Part shown: positions 1 to 9,018 of the stretch, piece after piece
How the letters are laid out: each line of letters opens with the position of its first letter
Position numbering within the stretch: position 1 is the stretch's first letter
NCBI GenBank assembly: GCA_903927935.1
Contig: CAIYOV010000128.1
Span: 1-45,641 of the forward strand
DNA from: an uncultured Bacteroidota bacterium
GTDB lineage: Bacteria > Bacteroidota > Bacteroidia > Chitinophagales > LD1
DNA: 45,641 nucleotides
Direction: 5' to 3'
Made by a program: the position numbers and the translations under genes
The notes under the pieces: generated by a model
The model's input: the letters and a program-made list of their open reading frames with translations, nothing else
Told to the model about the DNA's origin: nothing
Databases searched by the model: none

Positions 1-99
1 ATAAAGGCGAGGGTTGGCTTGATATTGCCGACAACAGTTTTATTTTATTGCTTTTTTCAAAATAAGTTGATAGCCGGATGCGATAAACCGGAAAGTCAA

Positions 100-1161
100 T
101 TAATTCAAAAGGTTTTTCAATTTATTTTCATCAATCACCAGAATCTTTCCGTCCGAAACTTCAATCAGTTTTTCGTTCTTAAAATCGCTGAGGGTACGAA
201 TCAAACTTTCTGTAGCTGTTCCCACAACCTGTGCTAAATCTTCGCGCGGAATTTCCAACTTAGGTTTATCGCCTGGATTTTTTTTGTATTTATCGTAAAC
301 ATGCAGCAAGCCATTGGCTACCCGTTTACGTAATGAGTTATAGGCAAGATTCAGTAATTGCTCTTCGCGTTCAACAAGATTATGTGACAGTAATTTTATA
401 AAACGCTTTGACACCTGCGCATCACTGTTCAGCAACGCATAAAAATCCGACTTCGGTATCATCATTACTTCGCTGTCTTCTAAAGCTTGGGCATTATCCT
501 CATAGGGTGTTTCTTCAAGCAAAGCGGTGTACCCCATAAAGTCGCCATCTTTATAAATGGCAGTAATCAACTCTTTTCCGTCTTCATTCATGCGGAACGA
601 TTTTACCTTGCCTTTTACAATAAAAAATAGATATGAAGGTCGATGTCCGTGGGTATACACCATCTGCTTTTTCTTGAAGTTCTCCAATTCGCGGTCACCT
701 TTCGTTAAATCAATTTTCCCGCTTGTTCTTGCCTGATTCAAGAAATCATTTACCCCTTCTGCGTTAGAGGCAAATTCGGTTTTTAGCAATTCATTTTTCT
801 TCAGTCTTATTTCAACGGCATTCAGCAATTCAATGTCATCAAACGGTTTAGTGATATAATCATCGGCACCCATTTCCATTCCTTTGCGGAAATCTGTTCT
901 GTCGGCTTTGGCGGTCAGAAAAATAAAAGGAATAGAAGATGTCTTAGAATTTTTGCTGAGCATATGTAATACACCATAACCATCCAGTTCGGGCATCATA
1001 ATGTCGCAGATAATGAGATCGGGAGTTTCCTTCAGCACTAGGTCTACACCTTTTTTGCCATTGGGTGCAGCATAAACTTCATAATTAGCGAGTTCAAGAA
1101 TCTCTTCAATATTTTCTCGCACTGCTTTGTTGTCTTCAATTAGTACAATTTTCTTACTCAT
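100..1161 (-). CDS. Hybrid response regulator: REC receiver + cNMP-binding (Crp/Fnr effector) domain + Crp-type HTH
   Basis: 353-aa ORF. Receiver motifs LIEDN, DLIICDIMMPELDG (phospho-acceptor Asp), FLTAK and GADDYITKPF. These are followed by a Crp-like beta-roll (YLFFIVKGKVKSFRMNEDGKELI) and a C-terminal HTH (REDLAQVVGTATESLIRTLSDF). The gene starts 6 nt after the kinase stop. Confidence 0.85.
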   Translation of the reverse strand: MSKKIVLIEDNKAVRENIEEILELANYEVYAAPNGKKGVDLVLKETPDLIICDIMMPELDGYGVLHMLSKNSKTSSIPFIFLTAKADRTDFRKGMEMGADDYITKPFDDIELLNAVEIRLKKNELLKTEFASNAEGVNDFLNQARTSGKIDLTKGDRELENFKKKQMVYTHGHRPSYLFFIVKGKVKSFRMNEDGKELITAIYKDGDFMGYTALLEETPYEDNAQALEDSEVMMIPKSDFYALLNSDAQVSKRFIKLLSHNLVEREEQLLNLAYNSLRKRVANGLLHVYDKYKKNPGDKPKLEIPREDLAQVVGTATESLIRTLSDFKNEKLIEVSDGKILVIDENKLKNLLN

Positions 1162-1167
1162 GTTTTA

Positions 1168-2427
1168 CTATGGTTTTGATGGTATGATGATTGTAAATGT
1201 AGTTCCTTTATCTTCTTTGCTGTGCAAATTAATTTTTCCGTTTAGTAGTTCAATATACTTTGAAATAATGTGAAGTCCTAAACCGGTGCCCTGAATATTC
1301 TGTGCATTTCTCGCCCGGAAAAAACGTTCAAATAAATGTTGCTGGTCTTCTTCTGAAATTCCGATGCCGCTGTCTTTCACAGAAAGTGTAATTTGTTCTT
1401 GCTCATTCTCACAAAAAATTTCAATAACTGAATCTTCCGGTGAAAATTTGATTGCATTCGAAACCAGGTTAAGTAAAATATTTTTGAGCAAACGTTTGTC
1501 GGTGTAAACCTCATTAATGCCAGTTTGTGTAAATTTAATCTGTTGCCCCGGTTTTACAATTTCTTTCATATCGCTGATAAAATCATTCATAAAATCTTCA
1601 CAGTGCAAAACATCTTTTTTGGTTTCAATTAACCCTTCTTCCAGTTTTCCGAGCGAAAGTAAATCGCCCAACATGTCGTTCAAGTGTTCTACGCCTTCCT
1701 TAATACGTGTAATGTGGCGGTTGCGTTTTTCCTGCTCATTTTCCTTGGTATACTTTGAAAGAAGAGAAGCGGAGGAGAGCACGGCTGCGAGGGGAGTTCT
1801 GAATTCGTGTGATACGGTTGAAACGAACCTTGTTTTTAAATCACTCAACTCCTTTTCTTTTTCCAACGCCTGCTCTAATTCCTCTTTCGAGTTTTCGAGT
1901 TGTGCAAGTGTTTCGCGCAACATCATAGTTCTGTCCGCTACTTTCTGCTCAAGGTCGCTATTGAGTTTTTTTATTTCATTGCTTACGCGCTGTAATTCTT
2001 CACGCTGCATGCGTTGTATTTCTTCGTTGTGTTTACGAATAGTAATATCAATGATAAAGGCAATTACAAAAGCTTCGCCATTCATATTAAAATGGCTTAA
2101 ACTGATTTCTACCGGAAAAACATTTCCATCTTTTCTTCTGGCAAACAAATCTCTGCCACCACCCATAGTACGATTAACAGGATTCTGATTAAATACTTCA
2201 CGTTGGTGGATGTGTTTACTGTGAACATCAGTGGGCAATAAAATTTCAATCTTTTCGCCAACCATTTCCTCCTGATTATACCCAAACATTTTTTCAGCAC
2301 AAGGATTTGCTAACACAATTTCACCTGCACGGTTAGTCAGTATAATTCCCTCGGTAGCGTTCGCAAAAAGCGAAGCCATCATTGTATCACTTTTAATGTT
2401 GTTTTTCACTTTTGGCTGTTCAAACAT
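1168..2427 (-). CDS. PAS-domain sensor histidine kinase
   Basis: 419-aa ORF. PAS-like N-terminus (GIILTNRAGEIVLANPCAEKMFGY), coiled-coil linker, H-box SHEFRTPL, N-box LVSNAIKFS, G-boxes DSGIGI and GTGLGLHI. No obvious TM segment, so probably cytoplasmic. Confidence 0.85.
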   Translation of the reverse strand: MFEQPKVKNNIKSDTMMASLFANATEGIILTNRAGEIVLANPCAEKMFGYNQEEMVGEKIEILLPTDVHSKHIHQREVFNQNPVNRTMGGGRDLFARRKDGNVFPVEISLSHFNMNGEAFVIAFIIDITIRKHNEEIQRMQREELQRVSNEIKKLNSDLEQKVADRTMMLRETLAQLENSKEELEQALEKEKELSDLKTRFVSTVSHEFRTPLAAVLSSASLLSKYTKENEQEKRNRHITRIKEGVEHLNDMLGDLLSLGKLEEGLIETKKDVLHCEDFMNDFISDMKEIVKPGQQIKFTQTGINEVYTDKRLLKNILLNLVSNAIKFSPEDSVIEIFCENEQEQITLSVKDSGIGISEEDQQHLFERFFRARNAQNIQGTGLGLHIISKYIELLNGKINLHSKEDKGTTFTIIIPSKP

Positions 2428-2444
2428 AAGTGCTGTTAGGTTAT

Positions 2445-2478
2445 AAAAAAAACTGAAGCCTCGTTTCCGAAGCTTCAG
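2445..2478 (-). terminator. Rho-independent terminator after the fasciclin gene
   Basis: Minus-strand stem CTGAAGC (2472-2478) pairs with GCTTCAG (2453-2459) and is followed by a T-tract (A-run 2445-2452 on +). It lies 21 nt after the fasciclin stop and only about 17 nt before the kinase ATG. Confidence 0.7.
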
Positions 2479-2499
2479 CAGGGTTTAATCAAGTTCAAT

Positions 2500-3057
2500 T
2501 TATTTTGCTGGAGGTAACAACACCCCATCTATTACGTACACCATTCCATTAGAGGCAGGGACAGCGGCCAACACGTTTGCATCGTTTATCTTTATTTTAC
2601 CATCAGCACTTTTCGTTACTGTAACTTTGCCTCCGTTCACCATACCAATAGTCATTCCGTCTTTCAACCACTCCTCTCTCAGTGCACTTGTGGTTACATG
2701 GTATTCTAAAATATTTCTTAATGCATTTTTATTTTCTGGTTTTACCAATCCTTCAACGGTTCCCGCAGGAAGTTTGCCGAAAGCATCATTGGTTGGAGCA
2801 AATACTGTAAAAGGTCCTGCATTAGAAAGCACGTCTACATATTCTGCGGCTTTTAATGCGGCAACTAAAGTGGTATGGTCTTTCGAACCTACAGCAACCT
2901 TTACGACATCTTTTTGCGATTGATCATCCTGCACGGCACTTTGACCAGCAGCCTGGGTTGAAGATTCATCAGAGCCTGATGCCTGTTCTGAACTTTGTTT
3001 GTTGTTGCAGGAAGTAAATGCTGCTGCAATCATCAGCATAAAGAATACTTTTTTCAT
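2500..3057 (-). CDS. Fasciclin (FAS1) domain lipoprotein
   Basis: 185 aa. Lipoprotein signal MKKVFFMLMIAAAFTSC, low-complexity linker, and FAS1 motifs TVFAPTNDAF, LEYHV and VYVIDGVLLP. Confidence 0.8.
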   Translation of the reverse strand: MKKVFFMLMIAAAFTSCNNKQSSEQASGSDESSTQAAGQSAVQDDQSQKDVVKVAVGSKDHTTLVAALKAAEYVDVLSNAGPFTVFAPTNDAFGKLPAGTVEGLVKPENKNALRNILEYHVTTSALREEWLKDGMTIGMVNGGKVTVTKSADGKIKINDANVLAAVPASNGMVYVIDGVLLPPAK

Positions 3058-3111
3058 AATTTTTAGCTTTTTTATTTAAGACAAACTTATCCGCTATTCT
3101 ATTTTGGTGAT

Positions 3112-3125
3112 ATGATAAAACTCAT
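3112..3125 (-). promoter_or_regulatory. Type-a FNR-like box ATGAG-TTTT-ATCAT (minus-strand reading), fasciclin promoter
   Basis: 14-bp 5-4-5 near-palindrome. Exactly 22 nt upstream of a perfect Bacteroidota -7 element TAAGTTTG (3082-3089, minus), which is 24 nt before the ATG at 3057. Confidence 0.5.
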
Positions 3126-3188
3126 ATTGCTTACTTTTTTTAATCATATGGCTACGGTAGCTAAAAAAGGATACTTGCATCTTTTATT

Positions 3189-3641
3189 ATGAGAAACCTA
3201 ATCACATTATTTTTGCTTAGCTGTACTTTGCTTAGTTGCAATAACAGTCAGAATCAACCAAATCCTCAATCAGAGGGTGAAGAAAATTTCATTTCAGTAT
3301 TTAAAGAGGGTAAATACACAACCGACTTCGCCACAGCTCAGGAATTAAAAAGCATGCACTACACCATTGAAAATTTCACGCTGCTTAGTAATAAAAAGAA
3401 ACTTGAAAATCTGAAAGCCTATCAAGAATTTGGAGATTTGATGCAAATGCATGCAGACCGCATTACTACTTTTTGCCGCTTAGATGCGGATACCAAAAAT
3501 CTTCTCTGTAAGAAGGTAGATAAAATAAAAACTGAAGTTCAAACCCTGCATGGAGATGATATGGAGAAATCGAAAGCGGCTTTAAAAGCGATCAATTTAC
3601 ATCTTGCCGAAATCGATTCTTCGTTCAGCTATATGAATTAA
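3189..3641 (+). CDS. Hypothetical lipoprotein
   Basis: 150 aa. Lipobox LLSCNN. No motif I recognise. Its stop is 1 nt before the tryptophanase-family ATG, so the two are probably co-transcribed. Confidence 0.55.
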   Translation: MRNLITLFLLSCTLLSCNNSQNQPNPQSEGEENFISVFKEGKYTTDFATAQELKSMHYTIENFTLLSNKKKLENLKAYQEFGDLMQMHADRITTFCRLDADTKNLLCKKVDKIKTEVQTLHGDDMEKSKAALKAINLHLAEIDSSFSYMN

Positions 3642-3642
3642 G

Positions 3643-5022
3643 ATGAAGAAAGAACGAACCTTAGCGGAACCCTTTCGCATAAAAATGGTGGAGCCGCTAC
3701 GAATGACTACGGTAGAATACCGTAAGGATGTTTTACAGAAAGCTGGCTACAATCCTTTCCTTCTGAGTAGCGATGATGTATATATTGATCTGTTGACCGA
3801 TAGCGGTACCAGTGCAATGAGCGATCATCAATGGAGCGCCATGATGCTGGGCGATGAAAGTTATGCGGGCGCACACAGCTGGGAAAAGCTGGAGCGCGAA
3901 GTGAAAGATTTAACCGGTATGAATTATGTGCTGCCAACACATCAAGGAAGAGCTGCGGAAAGAATTTTGTATGGTATTCTTGGAGGAAAGGATAAAGTAT
4001 TTATAAGTAATACTCACTTTGATACTACCCGTGCCAATATTGAATTTACCGGTGCAACAGCTATTGACTGCATGAGTGAAGAATCTCAGGATCCTGATGC
4101 AGACCTTCCTTTCAAAGGGAACATGGATATAGAACAGGCCCGAGAAAGTATTTTGAAATACGGGAAAGAGAACATTGGTGCTGTTATTCTAACGGTCACC
4201 AATAATTCTTCGGGAGGGCAACCGGTGAGTATGGAAAACACAAAACAGGTTCGAGAGCTTTGCGATGAATTTGGAATTCTGTTTGTGTTGGATGGTTGCC
4301 GCATTGCAGAGAACAGCTACTTCATTAAACATCGGGAAGCAAATTTTGACGGGAAAACCTATCGGCAAATTGCGCAACAAATGCTTTCGTTATGCGATGC
4401 ATTTATTATGAGCGCGAAGAAAGATGCGCTTGTGAACATGGGAGGGTTGTTAGTATTGCGCAATGAATTACTTGCTCAAAAATCTACTAACCTTCTTATT
4501 ATATCAGAAGGCTTTGCAACTTATGGAGGATTGAGTGGGCGAGATATGGAAGCAATGGCTGTTGGTCTTCAGGAAGTTTTTGATGCCGGTTATTTACATT
4601 ACCGAATCAAAAGTACAGAATATCTCGGCAAACATTTGCACGAAAAAGGTGTGCCTTTGATTCGACCGTATGGAGGTCATGCCATTTATATTGATGCCAA
4701 AAAATTTTACAGCCACATTCCGGCCCATCAATTCCCAGGTCAGGCATTAGTGTGTGATCTATACGAGCAAGGAGGTATTCGCTGTGTAGAAGTCGGTTCT
4801 GTAATGTTCGGCAAATATGATGAGCATGGAAATCATGTGGCACCCAAGAACGAATTAGTTCGTTTGGCAATTCCGCGCAGGGTTTATACGCAAAGCCATA
4901 TTGATTACGTAATTGATGTTTTTGATGATATCGTTGAAATGAAAAATCAAGCACGCGGATTGGAAATAGTTTATGAGCCACCTTTTTTGCGACACTTTAC
5001 TGCAAGATTTAAAAGATTGTAA
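3643..5022 (+). CDS. Tryptophanase / tyrosine phenol-lyase family beta-eliminating lyase (PLP-dependent)
   Basis: 459 aa, collinear with the TnaA/TPL family as I remember it: EPFRIKMVEP, YIDLLTDSGT, PTHQGRAAE, PLP-lysine region MSAKKDALVNMGG, AIPRRVYTQSHIDYV and YEPPFLRHFTARF. TnaA and TPL cannot be separated by eye. Confidence 0.85.
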   Translation: MKKERTLAEPFRIKMVEPLRMTTVEYRKDVLQKAGYNPFLLSSDDVYIDLLTDSGTSAMSDHQWSAMMLGDESYAGAHSWEKLEREVKDLTGMNYVLPTHQGRAAERILYGILGGKDKVFISNTHFDTTRANIEFTGATAIDCMSEESQDPDADLPFKGNMDIEQARESILKYGKENIGAVILTVTNNSSGGQPVSMENTKQVRELCDEFGILFVLDGCRIAENSYFIKHREANFDGKTYRQIAQQMLSLCDAFIMSAKKDALVNMGGLLVLRNELLAQKSTNLLIISEGFATYGGLSGRDMEAMAVGLQEVFDAGYLHYRIKSTEYLGKHLHEKGVPLIRPYGGHAIYIDAKKFYSHIPAHQFPGQALVCDLYEQGGIRCVEVGSVMFGKYDEHGNHVAPKNELVRLAIPRRVYTQSHIDYVIDVFDDIVEMKNQARGLEIVYEPPFLRHFTARFKRL

Positions 5023-5055
5023 TTCGCAAAAGCGGTCAATTCATCTACATAGAAG

Positions 5056-5069
5056 CTGAGTAAAATCAT
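5056..5069 (+). promoter_or_regulatory. Type-a FNR-like box CTGAG-TAAA-ATCAT, ric-rrf2 promoter
   Basis: 23 nt upstream of the -7 element TAGCTTTG (5093-5100), which is 19 nt before the ric ATG. Confidence 0.5.
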
Positions 5070-5119
5070 ATTTAAGACAACCAAGTCCGAAATAGCTTTG
5101 CATCGACAAAAAATGAAAC

Positions 5120-5875
5120 ATGGAAATAGAAACACTTAATAGCAAAACGGTTGCTGAATTGGTAGCCAACGATTATCGCACTGCAGAAATATTTAAAAAA
5201 CATGGCATTGATTTTTGCTGTGGTGGTAAGAAGAGTATTGCAAAAGTATGCAGCGAGAAAAATATAATTGCCGAAGAAATTGAAAAGGAAATTCTTGCAT
5301 TACAACATCAACCGAAGGATAGTGACCACAACTTTAACGAATGGTCACTCATTTTTTTGACAGACTACATTTTAAATGTACATCACACCTACGTAAGTAA
5401 CAATCTAGGACTGATTTCGGAATTTGCAGAAAAAGTCGCACGAGTTCATGGAGATCATAGTCCCGAAACAAAAGACATAGCTAAGCTTTGGGGTGAGATT
5501 GTGAGTGAACTTACTATGCACATGAAGAAAGAGGAACTGTTGTTATTTCCTTACATTAAGAATGTAGAACGGTACAGTAAAGGAAGTTTGAAAGAATTTC
5601 CTTCTACACATTTCGGCACAATAAAAAGTCCTATCAGAATGATGGAACAGGAACACGATTTGGTGGGAAGTCTGATGAAACAAATTCAGGTGTTAAGCAA
5701 CGACTTTATTGTACCTGATTATGCCTGCAATACTTATCGGGTCTTATATGCCAAATTGGAGGAATTTCAGAACGATTTGTTTCAGCATATTCATTTAGAA
5801 AATAACATTCTTTTTCCGAAAGCCATTTTGCTGGAAGAAAATTTGACTCCAGCAGATAATAGTAACTCTATATGA
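5120..5875 (+). CDS. ric: Iron-sulfur cluster repair di-iron protein (RIC/ScdA/YtfE family)
   Basis: 251 aa. ScdA_N-type N-terminus (HGIDFCCGG) followed by hemerythrin-like His/Glu motifs (HHTYV, HMKKEE, EQEHD, HIHLENNILFP). Confidence 0.85.
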   Translation: MEIETLNSKTVAELVANDYRTAEIFKKHGIDFCCGGKKSIAKVCSEKNIIAEEIEKEILALQHQPKDSDHNFNEWSLIFLTDYILNVHHTYVSNNLGLISEFAEKVARVHGDHSPETKDIAKLWGEIVSELTMHMKKEELLLFPYIKNVERYSKGSLKEFPSTHFGTIKSPIRMMEQEHDLVGSLMKQIQVLSNDFIVPDYACNTYRVLYAKLEEFQNDLFQHIHLENNILFPKAILLEENLTPADNSNSI

Positions 5876-6309
5876 TGTTCTCCAAAAGTTGCGAGTATGC
5901 TTTAAAGGCGGTGATTCATCTTTGTATAAAAGCAAAAGGGGAATCACGATTGAACATTTCTGAAATTTCTCGGGCCATTGATTCGCCAGAACCTTTTACC
6001 GCTAAAATTTTACAAACACTTTCACGGCATGGAATTATTTCTTCTATTAAAGGACCCGGAGGTGGCTTTTATATTGATAAAAAAGCAGCGCCAATCCGTG
6101 TGATAGAGATTATTGATTTAATAGACGGCAAACATGCGTTCGATCGCTGCGGTTTAGGTTTAAAAGATTGTAATGAAGACAGGCCCTGTCCAATTCACAA
6201 GGAATTTAAAAGCTACTCCGTCCAGTTAAAACACTTGCTTGAAACAAAAACTATTCAGGAATTTGCGAAAGAAATTTCTCGGGGTAACGCGTTCTTAATA
6301 AACACATAA
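5872..6309 (+). CDS. Rrf2-family transcriptional regulator with Cys3(His) cluster ligands (NsrR/IscR-like)
   Basis: 145 aa. Rrf2 winged-helix N-terminus (SKSCEYALKAVIHL, ISEISRAIDSPEPFTAKILQTL) and CGLGLKDCNEDRPCPIH. ATGA start/stop overlap with ric. Confidence 0.85.
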   Translation: MMFSKSCEYALKAVIHLCIKAKGESRLNISEISRAIDSPEPFTAKILQTLSRHGIISSIKGPGGGFYIDKKAAPIRVIEIIDLIDGKHAFDRCGLGLKDCNEDRPCPIHKEFKSYSVQLKHLLETKTIQEFAKEISRGNAFLINT

Positions 6310-6347
6310 ATCAATAGAAAAAGACAAAGGGGTCTTTTTCTATTGAT
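6310..6347 (+). terminator. Perfect 16-bp-stem hairpin immediately after the rrf2 stop (terminator-like)
   Basis: ATCAATAGAAAAAGAC (6310-6325), loop AAAGGG, GTCTTTTTCTATTGAT (6332-6347), then TTTAAAT. It separates ric-rrf2 from the nos operon. Confidence 0.6.
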
Positions 6348-6356
6348 TTAAATCAT
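6343..6356 (+). promoter_or_regulatory. Type-a FNR-like box TTGAT-TTAA-ATCAT, cytochrome c/nosZ promoter
   Basis: Closest match in the window to TTGAT-N4-ATCAA. 44 nt upstream of the -7 element TATTTTTG (6401-6408), which is 31 nt before the cytochrome c ATG. The left half lies inside the right arm of the preceding hairpin. Confidence 0.5.
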
Positions 6357-6439
6357 ATAATAGCTTGACCGATCTCATAAGCGGGATCAGTCATTAAACA
6401 TATTTTTGTCACCGAAAATTTAAAAACAAACAAAAAAGC

Positions 6440-6928
6440 ATGAAAAGAAAACTTCTCTCACTTGCAACAGTAGCAGCGCTGTTCTTTATTAGTAGCTGTG
6501 GCAACCATGAAAAATCAGAAAACGAAAGTTCCGAAGCACCGCAAAGCATGGTGCAGGACGCCCCTAAAGATGATGGGCAAGGCATTGGTAAATTCAAAAA
6601 TATAACACTTGCTGCGCTAGATGAAAAATTAGCAGAGCAGGGCAAAGTGGTTTTTGAAGCTAAGTGTTCTGCATGCCATAATGCTACGGATGTTAGAAAA
6701 GTTGGCCCTGGTTTGAAGGGAGTTACAGAAAGAAGACAACCGGCTTGGATTCTTAATCAAATTACAAATCCTACAGAAATGCTACAAAAAGACCCGACAT
6801 CAAAAGAGTTGTTAGCTGTATACTTAACACAAATGACTTTTCAGGACGTGAGTGATGATCAGGCAAAACAGATTCTGGAATATTTCAGACAGAATGATAA
6901 GGGCGGAGCAGAGCAAGCGAAGAAGTAG
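6440..6928 (+). CDS. Monoheme c-type cytochrome lipoprotein (nos-associated electron donor candidate)
   Basis: 162 aa. Lipobox FISSC and a single heme motif CSACH. 33 nt upstream of nosZ. Confidence 0.8.
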   Translation: MKRKLLSLATVAALFFISSCGNHEKSENESSEAPQSMVQDAPKDDGQGIGKFKNITLAALDEKLAEQGKVVFEAKCSACHNATDVRKVGPGLKGVTERRQPAWILNQITNPTEMLQKDPTSKELLAVYLTQMTFQDVSDDQAKQILEYFRQNDKGGAEQAKK

Positions 6929-6961
6929 TCACTAATCACTAACCATAAAAAACAATAAACA

Positions 6962-8926
6962 ATGAAAAACGTTTCAATTAAAAATCTAATGCTACTGGTA
7001 GCAGGATTTTTCGCAGCTGGCTTTTTCAGCAGTTGCAAACCACCAAAAGTTGATTCAGCCCTCTCAGGCGATGCAGCTAAAAAAGTTTACGTAGCACCAG
7101 GCAAGAAAGATGAACTCTATCTGTTCACTTCCGGTGGCTTTAGCGGGCAAGTGGGAGTTTACGGTTTGCCTTCAGGAAGATTGCTGAAGCAGGTTCCCGT
7201 ATTTTCTCAGGATGCTGAAACCGGTTACGGTTACAGCGAAGAAACAAAACCGATGCTGATGACTTCACACGGATATACTCCGTGGGATGACTCGCATCAC
7301 CCCCAACTTTCGCGCACTGATGGCCAGGATGATGGTCGTTGGTTATTCATCAACGCGAATAATACTCCGCGGATTGCACGTATGGATTTGGGCATTTTTA
7401 AAACCACAGAAATTATTGAGTTACCGAATTGCGGTGGTAATCATGCATCGCCTTTTACCACTCAAAATACCGAGTATGTAGTTGGGGCTTCGCGCTTCTC
7501 TGTTCCTTATGACAAAGATGGTGATGCCGCTATTGCAGATTATAAAGACAAATTCAAAGGCACTATTTCTTACATAAAAGTTGACCCGCAAACAGGAAAT
7601 ATGAAATTGAATTTTCAGTTGTTGGTTCCGGGCGTTGATTACGATTTATCGAGAGCAGGTAAAGGGGTTTCACATGGCTGGAATTTCTTTAGTTGCTACA
7701 ACAGCGAAAAAGCGCATACACTTTTGGAAGTGAATGCTTCACAACGCGATAAAGATTTTATCATGGCGGTGAACTGGAAAAAGGCTGAAGAATATTTAGC
7801 ACAAGGCAAAGGTATGAAATGGGCTGCAAACTATGCACATAACGTGATGGATGAGAAAACTCATACTGCAACCTCTACTATGGAAAAAGAAGTTACAGTG
7901 ATGGACGTAAAAGACCTCCCAGGTGTTTGTTACTTCATTCCATGTCCAAAATCTCCGCATGGTTGCGATGTTGACCCAACAGGTGAATACATCTGTGCTT
8001 CAGGAAAATTAGCGGCTGTAATTCCGGTATATTCATTTAGCAAAATGCTTAAAGCAATTGAAGCAAAAAATTTCGATGGCGATTTTGATGGTGTTCCGGT
8101 AATTAAATACGAAGCAGCATTAGATGGCGAAGTTGAAAAACCAGGTCTTGGTCCTTTGCATACAGAGTTTGATAATGAAGGTCACGGTTACACTTCATTC
8201 TTCGTTTCATCTGAAATTGTGAAATGGGATGTAAAAACAAAACAGATTCTTGATCGCGTTCCAACTTACTATTCAATTGGCCACTTGTGTGTACCAATGG
8301 GCGACAACATTCATCCTTATGGTAAGTATGTAATTGCTTTGAATAAAATTACCAAAGACCGTTACCTGCCAACCGGTCCTGAGTTAGCTCAGTCGGCACA
8401 GTTGTATTCTATTGACGGAGCTAAAATGCAGCTGTTGCTTGACTTCCCAACTATTGGTGAGCCGCACTATGCACAAGCTTGTCCTGCCGAATTAATTACT
8501 AAACACGAAGTGAAGTTTTTCAAACTCGACAGCAACAATCATAAGTATGTAACAAAGAATGAAAAAGAAGCAAAGGTAGTTCGCAACGGAAACGATGTTC
8601 ATGTTTACATGACTGCGATACGTTCGCACTTTACACCGGATAATATTGAAGGTGTAAAAGTGGGTGATAATGTTTACTTCCATGTAACTAATCTTGAACA
8701 GGATTGGGATGTTCCTCATGGATTTGCTGTGAAGGGCGCGAATAATTCAGAGTTGTTGGTATTGCCAGGTGAAACTTCAACTTTAAAATGGACTCCTGAC
8801 CATTCCGGTGTATTCCCAATGTATTGCACCGATTTTTGTTCAGCACTCCATCAGGAAATGCAAGGCTATGTGCGCGTATCGCCTGCGGGTACAAATACCG
8901 CTCTCAAGTTTTCTACAGGCGAATAG
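6962..8926 (+). CDS. nosZ: Nitrous-oxide reductase, Sec-dependent (clade II) type
   Basis: 654 aa. Propeller His motifs (DDSHHP, GGNHASP, SPHGCD, EPHYAQ) and C-terminal CuA cupredoxin motif CTDFCSALHQEMQG. The N-terminus MKNVSIKNLMLLVAGFFAAGFFSSC lacks a twin-arginine motif and ends in a lipobox-like SSC. Confidence 0.95.
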   Translation: MKNVSIKNLMLLVAGFFAAGFFSSCKPPKVDSALSGDAAKKVYVAPGKKDELYLFTSGGFSGQVGVYGLPSGRLLKQVPVFSQDAETGYGYSEETKPMLMTSHGYTPWDDSHHPQLSRTDGQDDGRWLFINANNTPRIARMDLGIFKTTEIIELPNCGGNHASPFTTQNTEYVVGASRFSVPYDKDGDAAIADYKDKFKGTISYIKVDPQTGNMKLNFQLLVPGVDYDLSRAGKGVSHGWNFFSCYNSEKAHTLLEVNASQRDKDFIMAVNWKKAEEYLAQGKGMKWAANYAHNVMDEKTHTATSTMEKEVTVMDVKDLPGVCYFIPCPKSPHGCDVDPTGEYICASGKLAAVIPVYSFSKMLKAIEAKNFDGDFDGVPVIKYEAALDGEVEKPGLGPLHTEFDNEGHGYTSFFVSSEIVKWDVKTKQILDRVPTYYSIGHLCVPMGDNIHPYGKYVIALNKITKDRYLPTGPELAQSAQLYSIDGAKMQLLLDFPTIGEPHYAQACPAELITKHEVKFFKLDSNNHKYVTKNEKEAKVVRNGNDVHVYMTAIRSHFTPDNIEGVKVGDNVYFHVTNLEQDWDVPHGFAVKGANNSELLVLPGETSTLKWTPDHSGVFPMYCTDFCSALHQEMQGYVRVSPAGTNTALKFSTGE

Positions 8927-8941
8927 GTTAATGATTGACAT

Positions 8942-8971
8942 GAAGGGAGCCATTCGGCTCCCTTCTTTTTC
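8942..8971 (+). terminator. Intra-cluster rho-independent terminator/attenuator after nosZ
   Basis: Perfect 10-bp stem GAAGGGAGCC (8942-8951), loop ATTC, GGCTCCCTTC (8956-8965), then TTTTTCTT. Located 16 nt after the nosZ stop. Confidence 0.75.
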
Positions 8972-9018
8972 TTACAGAATTTCTGATAGGTTTTGGACTG
9001 ACGGTTCAATCAAAAAAA

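Noticed and set aside
1517-2188. Long antisense ORFs inside confirmed genes (for example 1517-2188, 12784-13293, 14180-14689, 16978-17325, 32066-32464, 34482-34841, 10428-10730, 11596-11958)
   Set aside because: They lie opposite ORFs with clear family motifs and show low-complexity or biased composition with no recognisable motifs. These are typical shadow ORFs.
6962-7040. Tat (twin-arginine) export signal on NosZ
   Set aside because: There is no RR motif in MKNVSIKNLMLLVAGFFAAGFFSSC. This is the Sec-type leader characteristic of clade II NosZ.
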